Positions 35,581 through 45,599 of a stretch of DNA of 64,000 bases are shown piece by piece. The position numbers and the translations under genes are program-made. The number at the start of each line of letters is the position of its first letter. Positions within the stretch are counted from its first letter, which is position 1. Below the pieces are notes generated by a model. The model had not been told where the DNA came from and made no database searches. It saw only the letters and a list, made by a program, of their open reading frames with translations. The stretch comes from an uncultured virus (IMG/VR IMGVR_UViG_3300042544_003738) (taxonomy: Duplodnaviria; Heunggongvirae; Uroviricota; Caudoviricetes): IMG/VR virus record IMGVR_UViG_3300042544_003738, positions 1 through 64,000 of that record. One strand, given 5' to 3'.

Positions 35581-37224
35581 ATGACAATAACGTGTCAGTT
35601 ATGTGAAAAAATATTTGACAAGATTATCAGCAGCACTCATTTGAAATTCTCTCATCAAATAAGTAGTGAACAATACCGACAGAAATTTGGGCGTGATAGC
35701 TTAGCTTGTGCAGACTACAAAAAAGAACGTAGTTTAGCGCGCAGCGGCGAAAAAAACGGCATGTTTGGTAAGAAACATGCGCAAGCCAGCTTACAAAAAA
35801 TGAGTGAAAAGCGGGAAGGTCAAATTCCGTCAAACAAAGGCAAGAAAGTTACAGATCCCGACCATCTTGAAAATCTACGCAAAGCTGTTGCAGCGCGAAC
35901 TGTCAAATGGCAGCAGAATGATACTCATCCCAGAAAAGGGGCCATATTGAGCCCTGCTACTAGGAATCAGATCCGCCAAGGAGTGCAAGATTACGCACAT
36001 CAGAATCCAGAATTGATGCAACAACGAGCAGCAAAAGCCAAACAAACATTGCACGAGCAAGGTTATGATTTTGGGAGTCATATGCGTGGCAAAAAACACT
36101 CACAAACAACCAAAAACAAGATCAGTGCAAGCAGCCGCATGTCTGCATTGAAAAAATCAATGTTGAGCCATGATAAGATGTTACAAGCAATTTCCGATGC
36201 AAATTTATTGTGTGAGTCTGTGGAAGGTCAAAATGTATTTGTTAAATGTATTGCATGTAACAATCAATTCTCCATTACAAAACAATATTTCACTATTTCC
36301 AAGTGGCGGAAAGACATTTGCCCTGTTTGCCGACCAATTCCCGTCAAGTCCAATGCTGAACTTGAGTTGCTGTTCTGGATACGATCCGTTTTGCCACATG
36401 AAACCGTCTTAAGTGGTAACCGATCAACTATTTTTCCCTTGGAACTGGATATACTGATTCCACACAGGAACCTTGCAGTGGAATATTGCGGTCTATATTG
36501 GCATAGTGAACTACAGGGGAAAGATAAAAATTATCACAAAAACAAAAAAGAATTATGTGCTGCACAAGGAATATCCTTGATTACTGTTTTTGAAGATGAA
36601 TGGTTAACCAAACAAGACATAGTAAAAAGTCGGCTACAACACTTACTAGGTAAATGTCACAACAAAATTGCTGCAAGAAAATGTGTTGTGAAACCCATTG
36701 ATGCCAAAATTGCCCGTGACTTTTGCACGCAAAATCATATTCAAGGCAGTGGAGCTAGCAAGATTTGCTTGGGATTGTATTATGGGGAACAATTGATCCA
36801 AGTGGCAACCTTTAGTCAACCCAATATCAGCAAAGGTTCTCGGAACACAGGAGCCGATGTCTGGGAATTGAGTAGGCTGTGCAGTATCACAAAAACGCAA
36901 GTTATGGGCGGGGCGGGAAAATTATTCAAATATTTTGTAACCAATTACAATCCAAAACAAATTATAAGTTACTGTGATTTAAGATGGAATCAAGGAACTG
37001 TATATGAACAATTGGGATTTACTTGCATAAATTTAGGCACGCCAAATTATTGGTATTTCAAAGGGCCTGATGTTACACGACTGCACAGATTTAGCTTGCG
37101 CAAAAACTCGCAGGATGATCCTGCCTTGACAGAATGGGAAAATCGCAAGGCGCAAGGTTGGAACAGGATTTGGGATTGTGGTAGCAGTAAATGGATATGG
37201 CTTAATGAAAAACCGGAGCAGTGA
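35581..37224 (+). CDS. Free-standing homing endonuclease-like protein (NUMOD3 + Vsr/DUF559-like + C-terminal domain; Hef-like)
   Basis: MFGKKH / GKKHSQTTK NUMOD3; ELDI..LAVEYCGLYWH..YH..K..GISLITVFEDEW; C-terminal NHIQG..ELSR..SYCDLRW..WDCG; antisense to structural genes. Confidence 0.8.
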   Translation: MTITCQLCEKIFDKIISSTHLKFSHQISSEQYRQKFGRDSLACADYKKERSLARSGEKNGMFGKKHAQASLQKMSEKREGQIPSNKGKKVTDPDHLENLRKAVAARTVKWQQNDTHPRKGAILSPATRNQIRQGVQDYAHQNPELMQQRAAKAKQTLHEQGYDFGSHMRGKKHSQTTKNKISASSRMSALKKSMLSHDKMLQAISDANLLCESVEGQNVFVKCIACNNQFSITKQYFTISKWRKDICPVCRPIPVKSNAELELLFWIRSVLPHETVLSGNRSTIFPLELDILIPHRNLAVEYCGLYWHSELQGKDKNYHKNKKELCAAQGISLITVFEDEWLTKQDIVKSRLQHLLGKCHNKIAARKCVVKPIDAKIARDFCTQNHIQGSGASKICLGLYYGEQLIQVATFSQPNISKGSRNTGADVWELSRLCSITKTQVMGGAGKLFKYFVTNYNPKQIISYCDLRWNQGTVYEQLGFTCINLGTPNYWYFKGPDVTRLHRFSLRKNSQDDPALTEWENRKAQGWNRIWDCGSSKWIWLNEKPEQ

Positions 37225-37234
37225 GCTCCGGTTT
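37210..37234. terminator. Bidirectional terminator between endonuclease and tail sheath
   Basis: aaaccggagc-agtga-gctccggttt. Confidence 0.65.
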
Positions 37235-37255
37235 CTCTTGTTATAGATTCAAATA

Positions 37256-40200
37256 TTATGGCAATGGATCGCCAGTGTTCAAAATTCGCAATGGTATGTA
37301 AATGAATTCAATGGCTTTGGTGGGTTTGACAGCCACATCAATCCACAACTCATTGCGATCAATACGTGTTGGCGAATTATTCGTTTCATCACAAACCACA
37401 GCAAAGTCATATACAGCACGCAAGCCCACTAAGTCACCAAAGAAGCTTTCAAATGTGCGGGCTACAGAATCGCGTGTTTGTTTGTCATTGGGCTCAAACA
37501 AGAAGGGTTTGGCCAAAATGTCCAATTGATAGTTCAAATAGTTAATCAATCTGGCAACATTTACGCGGTCCAATGCACTGCTCAAGGGACTGAGGGTTTT
37601 TTGTCCATACACAACAAGTCCGCGCCCAGGAATGAATGCAATGGGGTTAATCTTGTTTTGATACAGTGTGTCTCGTTGTCCTTGACTCAATGCAACAGGC
37701 ACGTATTCATTTTCTGCGTTCAAGTAACCAACACTGCTAACAGCACTTACTAATCCGCGTGTGAATCCTGCTGGGGCAAACCAGGGATAAGCCACTTGGT
37801 CGTTGAAGGCAATGGTGCGCAGTATAGTCATGCTGGCTGGTACAAATATTTGTGTACCATCAATATTTGTAGCCAATCCCCATGGATAGTAGACACCGCC
37901 ATAGCGTGTAGCAGTAATAAGTGATTCTTCACCATTACCCAATGCATTGGCAGCGTTTGTGGCCCAATTTTGAATACTTGTGCCATCAGGCTGCAAGCGA
38001 GCGGGGGTGTCAACAACAATGAACGCAACGTCTTTCTTGTCAGTGTTCAAGGTAACCATTTCATCCAAAAGTTCTGGATAAGCGGGAACAGCCATCAAGT
38101 TGAACACATTGCTTTCGCTTCTCAATTCTTCACTAGCTGCCAAGGCACTTGCCATAGCGGTAACAATCAATTGACGTTGTGCTTTCCGCAACATGTAAGG
38201 CGCACCAGTGTTCATCAAACCACTTGCTGTAACCCAACGGTTTCTGTCACCGTTGATTTGTTGTGTAAGTGGAAGATAGTTGACTTTGTATTCCTTCACG
38301 TTACCAAAGCTGTAGCGTGTGTTGAACAGTAGCAATCCAAAAGGATATGGCAATGCACTGGGAGCATCAGGGTCCACTGTATTACTAGCTAGCATATCTA
38401 CAATTGCTTGGCTTCCTGTGCTGGTTCCATTGGCTGTCCAACGGGCATCAGCGAACAAAATGCCATTGCTGCTGCTTTGGTCAGTGTTGTCTACCAAAAG
38501 CCATTGACTGTTGAACGCATCTCTTTTGTAAATCTTGGGATAATTTTCCAAATCGCTTGTATCGATCCAAATGTCATTATCCACCAAGGGCAATCCACCT
38601 GATTGTGTTGTAGGGGCTGTTGCACTTAGAGTAGGTCCGTTGGGATCAGTTGCAGTATAGATATTACGATAGCCCAACCAAGTGCTGCCATCGCTTACCA
38701 TCAAGTCTACTCTCAAATTTGCATTGTACCACAATGTGTTATTTGCAGGCAAGCCTGATGGTGTTGTGCTGCTTTGGGTGTATTTGTCTCCAAAATCCAC
38801 AGTGCTGGCTACATAGCTGGGGATTGTGACCCAGGCAGTGCCATCCCAAATCTTCACAAGTAGCACGCCAGTTTGTGTCAATACATCTGGGCCGTTTTCA
38901 TTGTAACGCACATAAATGCTGCCTACTGTGCGATTGGCACCATACCCTGCATTCGCACTTGCATCAGTTGCATATAGTGGAGCCAAACGTGTGTTCCATT
39001 GATCAGTGCCACTGTTGTAACGTTTCACAACAAAATTGGCACCACGATTGCCTGCAACAGTGTTGACCCAAATATTACCTGCTGCAACTTGTTTCAATTC
39101 AGCTGGTTGTGGTGTGCCCACACTATAGCCTTGATAAACTAAGCTATTACCATAAGTTATTCCAGTGGGGATGCCAGCTGAGACCAACGGTGCGATAGTA
39201 GCATACCCAACTACGTTTTCAAGAGAGAACAATGTGCCTGTGGGGCTGTAGATACGTAGTCTGTTGTCCGCTGTTGCCTCAGCTTTGATCAAATTTGTCA
39301 AGCCCACAGTTGGGTCAGCATTGATAGCAGCTACAACAGTGGCAATTGTCGTAGGCAGTGGAGATACTGCACTTACATTGATGTTTGCGCTGACGCTGCC
39401 AGCTCCAAATCCAGCGGTGACAGTAATAATCTGGCTAGTACCAGTAACGAACGCAGGATTGACAACTGATCCTGTCACACTTTTATAGTAAGTGCTGGCA
39501 AGTTTCATGTTGGCGCGAGCAAAGCCACCCAACCCGCTAGCAGTTGTAGTATCCAGTAGTTGGACTGTATTGCCGCTATAATCTGTCAGCTTCAAATATT
39601 TGCTAACACCAATTGTATATGTAGTAGCCAAAATTTGTGTGCTTGCCAATGCTGTATTGATGCTGGTAACAAAAGTTTCCAAGGTGCCTGCCGGAACTGT
39701 GATAGTAATTGGTGTGCTTACACCAGCAACAATATGAAACAATGTGCTAGTACCAGTTACAAAAGTCTGCGTTACAGGATCAGTGCTGCTCACCATAGTT
39801 GGTGAAGCCGCTGCCCAACTGTGTCCAGGATATTCATCTTCAGTGCCACCCACTGGATACCAGCGACTTACTGTTCCTTGTGCAGTAGTTTGGTTTACCT
39901 TTTCAAAAATTTGCACAGCTGGTACCATAACAGTTAATCCAAGGCCCTGCACAACACTCACAGCATTGATAGCAAGGTCACCATTTGAACCAAAGTCATT
40001 CACAGGTACAATGTAGTTTTGTTGAGGCTTGTCAGTGGGTTGAGATATGGGACCAGGCAACGGCGGTAGTTGAGTATTTGTAAAACCAAGAGCAGTTAGT
40101 AAGGTGGCAGGAGCTGCATTGCTGATGTCTATATTGACAGTGATATCGCTACCAACCAAGCGAAGATTGTAGACTGTTACTTCTGTAGGAAGTGTGGGAG

Positions 40201-40948
40201 CAACTACCTTGGCTTTTTCCAGTCGGCTGAAGATTTCAGCTTTGATGCCCTTTTTTGTCAATGTTGTATTGGTGTTGATTTTTTGAACTATTGTGTTCAA
40301 AGTGTCTGTCAACTCAATGGTTATTACAACATCTGCAATTTCCAGTGTGCCATTGCCACCAGGAGTGACAATTGCAATATTGGGATTGGTGCACTGTGTT
40401 TCACGGAAACATTGCACAATACGTTGAAGCTGTGTTGCAGTGTCAATCACTTTGGGTCGTACAGCACCCCAAGCCAACCCACTGTTTACATTTCCGTTAC
40501 TGCGGAACAAGCCCCAAGAAGTTGCAGTGAGGTCCAACCAATAGTCGCCATTTACTGGCTCACCAACGGGCTCTGTACCAGTGGGTGCAAGGTTTCCTAG
40601 ATCAACATCAGCTCGCATAACATAGGCACTGTTAGCCAACCCCAAGTATTGGTAAGCTGAATACAGCCCATACTCATTAAGTTCGTTACCATGCTGTGGT
40701 GTGCCAGCTTGGGTGTAAAATTTAGGATTGCCAAAGGTTTGGAGCAGTTCTCTCTGACTTGTTATCCGGTACAACTTGCCAGCATTGGCTTTGATTGTAC
40801 CTGGGGCAATGCTAGTGGCGTTGCCTGGTTGCGGCTTATCTTGTGCAGTAGCCATCATAATGAATGGCACAGTGCCAGGGCCCGAACTGGCATAAAAACT
40901 CTCATCAATTACTTGTACCTGAACTCCAGGGCTTGTTAGATTGGCCAT
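37256..40948 (-). CDS. Tail sheath protein (T4 gp18-like) with large insertion
   Basis: N-terminal LTSPGVQV.VIDES; C-terminal WFAPAGFTRG, LYQNKINPI, GQKTL, RVNVARL, FEPND, KAIEFIYI; late promoter at 40978-40985. Confidence 0.93.
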   Translation of the reverse strand: MANLTSPGVQVQVIDESFYASSGPGTVPFIMMATAQDKPQPGNATSIAPGTIKANAGKLYRITSQRELLQTFGNPKFYTQAGTPQHGNELNEYGLYSAYQYLGLANSAYVMRADVDLGNLAPTGTEPVGEPVNGDYWLDLTATSWGLFRSNGNVNSGLAWGAVRPKVIDTATQLQRIVQCFRETQCTNPNIAIVTPGGNGTLEIADVVITIELTDTLNTIVQKINTNTTLTKKGIKAEIFSRLEKAKVVAPTLPTEVTVYNLRLVGSDITVNIDISNAAPATLLTALGFTNTQLPPLPGPISQPTDKPQQNYIVPVNDFGSNGDLAINAVSVVQGLGLTVMVPAVQIFEKVNQTTAQGTVSRWYPVGGTEDEYPGHSWAAASPTMVSSTDPVTQTFVTGTSTLFHIVAGVSTPITITVPAGTLETFVTSINTALASTQILATTYTIGVSKYLKLTDYSGNTVQLLDTTTASGLGGFARANMKLASTYYKSVTGSVVNPAFVTGTSQIITVTAGFGAGSVSANINVSAVSPLPTTIATVVAAINADPTVGLTNLIKAEATADNRLRIYSPTGTLFSLENVVGYATIAPLVSAGIPTGITYGNSLVYQGYSVGTPQPAELKQVAAGNIWVNTVAGNRGANFVVKRYNSGTDQWNTRLAPLYATDASANAGYGANRTVGSIYVRYNENGPDVLTQTGVLLVKIWDGTAWVTIPSYVASTVDFGDKYTQSSTTPSGLPANNTLWYNANLRVDLMVSDGSTWLGYRNIYTATDPNGPTLSATAPTTQSGGLPLVDNDIWIDTSDLENYPKIYKRDAFNSQWLLVDNTDQSSSNGILFADARWTANGTSTGSQAIVDMLASNTVDPDAPSALPYPFGLLLFNTRYSFGNVKEYKVNYLPLTQQINGDRNRWVTASGLMNTGAPYMLRKAQRQLIVTAMASALAASEELRSESNVFNLMAVPAYPELLDEMVTLNTDKKDVAFIVVDTPARLQPDGTSIQNWATNAANALGNGEESLITATRYGGVYYPWGLATNIDGTQIFVPASMTILRTIAFNDQVAYPWFAPAGFTRGLVSAVSSVGYLNAENEYVPVALSQGQRDTLYQNKINPIAFIPGRGLVVYGQKTLSPLSSALDRVNVARLINYLNYQLDILAKPFLFEPNDKQTRDSVARTFESFFGDLVGLRAVYDFAVVCDETNNSPTRIDRNELWIDVAVKPTKAIEFIYIPLRILNTGDPLP

Positions 40949-41013
40949 TTGTACCTCATCAAAAATATCTTGTAGGATATTTATGAAAAGCTACTGAAAA
41001 AGCCCTGGTTCAG

Positions 41014-41262
41014 TCAGCGTGGGCCGGCGTGGATGTGACTGAATTGAAGTCGGAGACTGTCTTGTTGTTCAGCTAGTTCAGCCCATTCAAATGTCAATGC
41101 ACCAAATTCTCGAACAGACACCCAAACTTTTTCCTGTTGCTCTACTACACCAACAAGGACCCTTCCAACTTGTGCCCACCCCCCATGAAATTTCCAATTT
41201 AACATTTGATCGTCAGTATCTGGAACATATACAATGTCATCGGGTTTGGGCAAGGTTGTCAC
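41014..41262 (-). CDS. Hypothetical protein
   Basis: 82-aa ORF coupled to dNMP kinase. Confidence 0.55.
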   Translation of the reverse strand: MTTLPKPDDIVYVPDTDDQMLNWKFHGGWAQVGRVLVGVVEQQEKVWVSVREFGALTFEWAELAEQQDSLRLQFSHIHAGPR

Positions 41263-41903
41263 TTAAGCGTCTCCATAAAAGTAGTAACGTTTCGAGTCAA
41301 ATCTTGAATTGAAGTATTATTTAAGATAATAGAGTCAAAATCTGTACCAATCCAATCGCGTTCACTCCTATGAACTCCATGGATTTTTCGCAAAAATGGT
41401 TTTGATACAAATTGAATAAATTTGGTTTGTTGATTGAACCAAAGTGATTGATTGTAATAGTCGGGTAATGGATCTCGTCTTACCCAAACAATCTTGCCGC
41501 CCAGTCGCTTGATCATTTCAATCTCATTGACAAATCTTACGTCAGTTACAACAACTGATTTTTTAGAGTCTTGGAGAAACAGCTCACAGCGATTTGTCCA
41601 AAAGTCTTGAGAAAATTGATTACGTATCAATTCAGTGCCAAACTCTCGCATCATCAAACGAGGAGTAATGGGCTTGCCTAGTTTTTCAGTCCAGTAAGAG
41701 TCTTGTGTCTCTCGCCAAACTCTACTTGCTTCTGTTGTGCCTTCCAACAGTTTGGCTTGCCAGCCAAACATGCTGCTGAGTGCACTTTTGATGGGTTTGG
41801 CAAAACTAGTGGTTGTATAACTGGGATATAGCTCTTGAATTATACTGCCCACAGTGTCTTTGCCACTGCCTTGAAACCCTACTAGCCCTATGATGTTTTT
41901 CAT
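41259..41903 (-). CDS. Deoxynucleoside monophosphate kinase (T4 gp1-like)
   Basis: IIGLVGFQGSGKDT, FAKPIK, TPRLMMREFGTE, VTDVRF.NE, H.SE. Confidence 0.9.
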   Translation of the reverse strand: MKNIIGLVGFQGSGKDTVGSIIQELYPSYTTTSFAKPIKSALSSMFGWQAKLLEGTTEASRVWRETQDSYWTEKLGKPITPRLMMREFGTELIRNQFSQDFWTNRCELFLQDSKKSVVVTDVRFVNEIEMIKRLGGKIVWVRRDPLPDYYNQSLWFNQQTKFIQFVSKPFLRKIHGVHRSERDWIGTDFDSIILNNTSIQDLTRNVTTFMETLK

Positions 41904-41942
41904 ATGGCTAGTATAGACAAGTTTCAAGTATAAATTGAGTTT

Positions 41943-42704
41943 TTAGCCCAAAATTACAAAGCTGGATGGAGTTCCGTTGTCCACGTATTGCAGGAGTTCA
42001 ATCTCTAGTTTTTCAATTTCTGCAACTGACTCAGTTTTTAAGGAATCGCCTTTAAGTGTTGAACCACCTTGTGGGCCAATGATCTGGCCAAACTTGCTGT
42101 AGGCCTCTCCCAGCATTCCTTTGGACACTGCCAGTGTGTAACTTCTAATCCAAGGCCTGCTGAAGGGATCCATGAGAATCATGTCATCTGGCTTCATTTT
42201 GTTGACCCAAAGTAGCACAGATTCATCAGTCAACAGTCGGCGTATTATGGTGAGTTTTTTGGTTACAGTGTTGAAGTGGTAGTTGATGTCACGACCAAAC
42301 ATCCTACCAGCTTGTTCTTGATATTGGTAAAAGAGTTCAAATGTTAGTAGGCCAGCAGAATATCCACCCCCAGCACCAGCTTGCAGTAGGTACAGGTTGG
42401 TGTAAGCTAACGAGAAGGGGTCAATATAGGTGCCTCCTGTATTGCCTCCCAATCCACGGCGAAAGATTTGTCGCACATCTACTATTTCTTCTGGCAGGTA
42501 ATATTCAGTTGTCTCTGGTTGCATTTCCAAGAATGCATACGCTTCTTCAACAGCATTTGAACTTCGTTGCCGATAACGCTCTAGGGCAATTTTAACAGCT
42601 AGCTGAAAATCTCCAGGCTCTAATTCCACCTCAACCATTGAGCCACCGAGGAGCCTAGTTACGTCATTTATAATGTCCTGCTTTAAATCAAGTGTGCTGC
42701 TCAT
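41943..42704 (-). CDS. Neck/head-tail adaptor protein (T4 gp13-like)
   Basis: LLGGSMVEVEL, WIRSYTLA..K..LG....KF, GGSTLKG; late promoter at 42725-42732. Confidence 0.78.
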   Translation of the reverse strand: MSSTLDLKQDIINDVTRLLGGSMVEVELEPGDFQLAVKIALERYRQRSSNAVEEAYAFLEMQPETTEYYLPEEIVDVRQIFRRGLGGNTGGTYIDPFSLAYTNLYLLQAGAGGGYSAGLLTFELFYQYQEQAGRMFGRDINYHFNTVTKKLTIIRRLLTDESVLLWVNKMKPDDMILMDPFSRPWIRSYTLAVSKGMLGEAYSKFGQIIGPQGGSTLKGDSLKTESVAEIEKLEIELLQYVDNGTPSSFVILG

Positions 42705-42774
42705 TTATTATCCCCTTGTGGAGATATTTATGAATGCAGACGACCAAAACCTGTAAGAGGTTAGTTGCTGTTCT

Positions 42775-43902
42775 TTATTGATTTTGAATTACAATTTCCG
42801 AAATTTCATCTGGAGTAAGTTGAAAATGATCAAATAGTTTTTGATCATCCCACGATACAGAAAGGTCTACTTGCGGCAGACGCTTGATTACATCCAAGCT
42901 GTTCCAACCGCTCCATTTATTGTTTTGGAGCAGCCATCGAAAAAGTTGGCTGTTGAAGACAAATTCCGCTGTTGATTTTTGTTTATAGGGAATTTCCAGA
43001 TATGCAACTGCTTGGCTGGTGCCAAAATTTTTGCCAATTTTGGCACGAATGTCGCCACTCAAAGTAAATGCAACTTTAGTTGACTTATAGTTTGCAGGTT
43101 CTTCTTTCACATACAATGTTTGTGCATGTGTATGAAACACTTCATAGCCCTTGTCACTGAACTTTTCTTTGTTGCTGGTGTGACATTCACCGCGTTTGAA
43201 GGAAAAGGAAGGCTGGGAAAACACTTTGTTGTTGATACCAAGTGCTTGAGTGGTGATCTTAGCAGGCAGCCATTCCGTTGTCTTGTCTACAGAAAAAACA
43301 CCTTGTGGTGTTTTAACTTCAAAACTGCTGCTGTGATTTTTCACATCAAGACTGAACCAACTGAAAGTAGATCCCACATTGAAGTATTTGTCTACATCCA
43401 AGCTGCATTTGGTAATAGACTTCCAAATAGTGTCTTTGACTTCACCTTTGCCTGCACCAATCCAACTGTTGGGAGTCACTAGGAGCACATGCTCATTGCT
43501 GAGCTCAGCAGATTTGGCAACAAATTCATGCCAAATTGGCCACCTCTTGGCACCATGTGTGTTTTGGTAGGGTGGGTTACCTACAACTACATCAAACTTC
43601 ATATTACCCCAGTCATAGCTGATAAAATCCGAGATCTGTAAGTTTTCTGATACCAGCTTTTTATTGTTCTTTGCATAATTTACACGAAGTTTATTCTTCT
43701 CACAACCAAACACCCTCTTGGCAATATTTTGGTTGGAATGACCAGCATTCTTCAGCCTGCGTTCAATTTCAACTAAAAATTGGCCACCACCCATAGCTGG
43801 GTCTAGGAAAGTTGTTGAGTCGCTTGTCCAGACATCTTCTGGCAACATATCTAGCACTTCGTTGACCAGTGGTGCTATCTCAAACTTCAATCTACTTAGC
43901 AT
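42775..43902 (-). CDS. Eco57I-like amino-DNA methyltransferase (copy 2)
   Basis: Motif I FLDPAMGGGQF, motif IV GNPPYQ, variable C-terminal TRD; start MLSRLK. Confidence 0.88.
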   Translation of the reverse strand: MLSRLKFEIAPLVNEVLDMLPEDVWTSDSTTFLDPAMGGGQFLVEIERRLKNAGHSNQNIAKRVFGCEKNKLRVNYAKNNKKLVSENLQISDFISYDWGNMKFDVVVGNPPYQNTHGAKRWPIWHEFVAKSAELSNEHVLLVTPNSWIGAGKGEVKDTIWKSITKCSLDVDKYFNVGSTFSWFSLDVKNHSSSFEVKTPQGVFSVDKTTEWLPAKITTQALGINNKVFSQPSFSFKRGECHTSNKEKFSDKGYEVFHTHAQTLYVKEEPANYKSTKVAFTLSGDIRAKIGKNFGTSQAVAYLEIPYKQKSTAEFVFNSQLFRWLLQNNKWSGWNSLDVIKRLPQVDLSVSWDDQKLFDHFQLTPDEISEIVIQNQ

Positions 43903-43965
43903 TGGCAAACCTTTAGCTGGGGTTACTGAAGGCAATATTACATAGAAATAGATTGCGTCAAGATA

Positions 43966-44424
43966 TTATTGAAAAAGTGAGTCAAAGGTATTGTCTGCAA
44001 CTACATACCCACCCGTGTCATCTTTCAAAAACGTGTAGTTGTATTCCAGCCCATTGGCGCACACAATGTTGCCATCATTACCTGTGGGAGTAAGGCCCAA
44101 TTTTTGTCTGCACTTTTCCCAATTATCACGCTGCAACTCAACACCATAGAGTTGATTCTCCAAGATGTGCTGTTCTCGTTTTTTAGCGTTTGGTTGCCAC
44201 TCTGAGAGTCCTGCCATCAATCGTCTCTTGACCTCAATCAAAAATGCACCTTCACCACAACTGTTGTCTAGCCATGTTTTCGTTGGATCCTGCCAGATTT
44301 CTTTTGGCAATTGATCCAATATTTCATTTACCAATGCAGGTGGTGTGAATACTTCACCAAATTGTTTCTTTTTCTCTTCTTTGGACAGAAGAGAAGTATC
44401 AAGATCATCTACAATATCACTCAT
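43966..44424 (-). CDS. Truncated MTase-fold subunit (motifs X, I, II only; no NPPY)
   Basis: FGEVFTPP, WLDNSCGEGAFL, LYGVEL, NIVCANGL; ends without catalytic motif IV. Confidence 0.78.
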   Translation of the reverse strand: MSDIVDDLDTSLLSKEEKKKQFGEVFTPPALVNEILDQLPKEIWQDPTKTWLDNSCGEGAFLIEVKRRLMAGLSEWQPNAKKREQHILENQLYGVELQRDNWEKCRQKLGLTPTGNDGNIVCANGLEYNYTFLKDDTGGYVVADNTFDSLFQ

Positions 44425-45596
44425 TGATCTATCTTTTGCCTAGTGTTGCTCTCAACAAGTATAATATCTTCTTTAGATAACTCAAAGGCGTCATAAACTG
44501 ACTGATCTGTCCATAAGACTTTGCTATCCAACAACGGAAGTTGATACAATGCAGTTGCGTTAAATCCACTACTTTTTGTAGTATCAACAAAAAATCTATA
44601 GAGCTTGCTTGTTAGATAAGATAGTGCATTCAACGCCTCTTTTTTAGAAGGGAACGTCAATTGAAAGGCGTTGCCACCAGCAACTTTGGAAGTTGAATAA
44701 TAGATGTATTTGTCTGGATAGGATTCATGGAAATAATATCCAGAGTTGTTAATAATCACATTATGTCCTTGAAATGCAGACACATCAGATGATGTATACC
44801 AAGTCTCAACACTACTGTGAACTACTGGGTGTGCAATTTTCTCTGTAGGGTTTTCTGCATAAGTATCAAACTCTCTAGGATGACCACTGTGATACACCCG
44901 TTGGAGAAGTTGTTTAGCCTTCACATAATTGCTATTTTTGAGTTTGAGACAAACATCGTTTTTTTGTCGCTGCATCTCATTTTCAAATATTTTTTCTCCT
45001 GAGTAAGAACCTGTTGTGCTCTTTTTCACAACGAAACTGCAGATACGTTCTCCCACTTCAAAATATTTTGAAACATTTGGTGCTATATGTATAAAAGTGC
45101 ATCCTTTGAAAAGCTCTCTTGTTTTTTCAGCTACAGTTGTATCTTGATTAAGCCAACTGTTGGGAGTAACAAACGCTACTACTCCCTCTGGCTGCACTAA
45201 ATGCATACTTTTTTGTAAAATATCAAACCACAGCTTGACCTTTTTGGCGTCCGGACTTTGATAAGGTGGATTTCCAATAATCACATCAAATTTCATATCA
45301 CCCCAGTCCTGGTTCAAAAAATTACTGATATGTAGATTTTTTGACACAAGTTTCTTGTTGTTCTTAGCATAATTTACACGAAGTTTGTTCTTCTCACAAC
45401 CAAACACTCGAGAAGAAATATTCTCATCCGAATGTCCTGCAGAACGCAAGCGGCGTTCGATTTCAACCAAAAATTGGCCTCCGCCCATAGCAGGGTCTAG
45501 GAAGGTTGTAGATGAACTAGACCAAACAGAACTGGGAAATTGATCCAACATCTCTTTGACAAGAGGTGAGATTTCAAATTTGAGACGACTCAGCAT
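44421..45596 (-). CDS. Eco57I-like amino-DNA methyltransferase (copy 1)
   Basis: FLDPAMGGGQF, GNPPYQ, VTPNSW; N-terminus near-identical to copy 2. Confidence 0.88.
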   Translation of the reverse strand: MLSRLKFEISPLVKEMLDQFPSSVWSSSSTTFLDPAMGGGQFLVEIERRLRSAGHSDENISSRVFGCEKNKLRVNYAKNNKKLVSKNLHISNFLNQDWGDMKFDVIIGNPPYQSPDAKKVKLWFDILQKSMHLVQPEGVVAFVTPNSWLNQDTTVAEKTRELFKGCTFIHIAPNVSKYFEVGERICSFVVKKSTTGSYSGEKIFENEMQRQKNDVCLKLKNSNYVKAKQLLQRVYHSGHPREFDTYAENPTEKIAHPVVHSSVETWYTSSDVSAFQGHNVIINNSGYYFHESYPDKYIYYSTSKVAGGNAFQLTFPSKKEALNALSYLTSKLYRFFVDTTKSSGFNATALYQLPLLDSKVLWTDQSVYDAFELSKEDIILVESNTRQKIDQ

Positions 45597-45599
45597 AAT

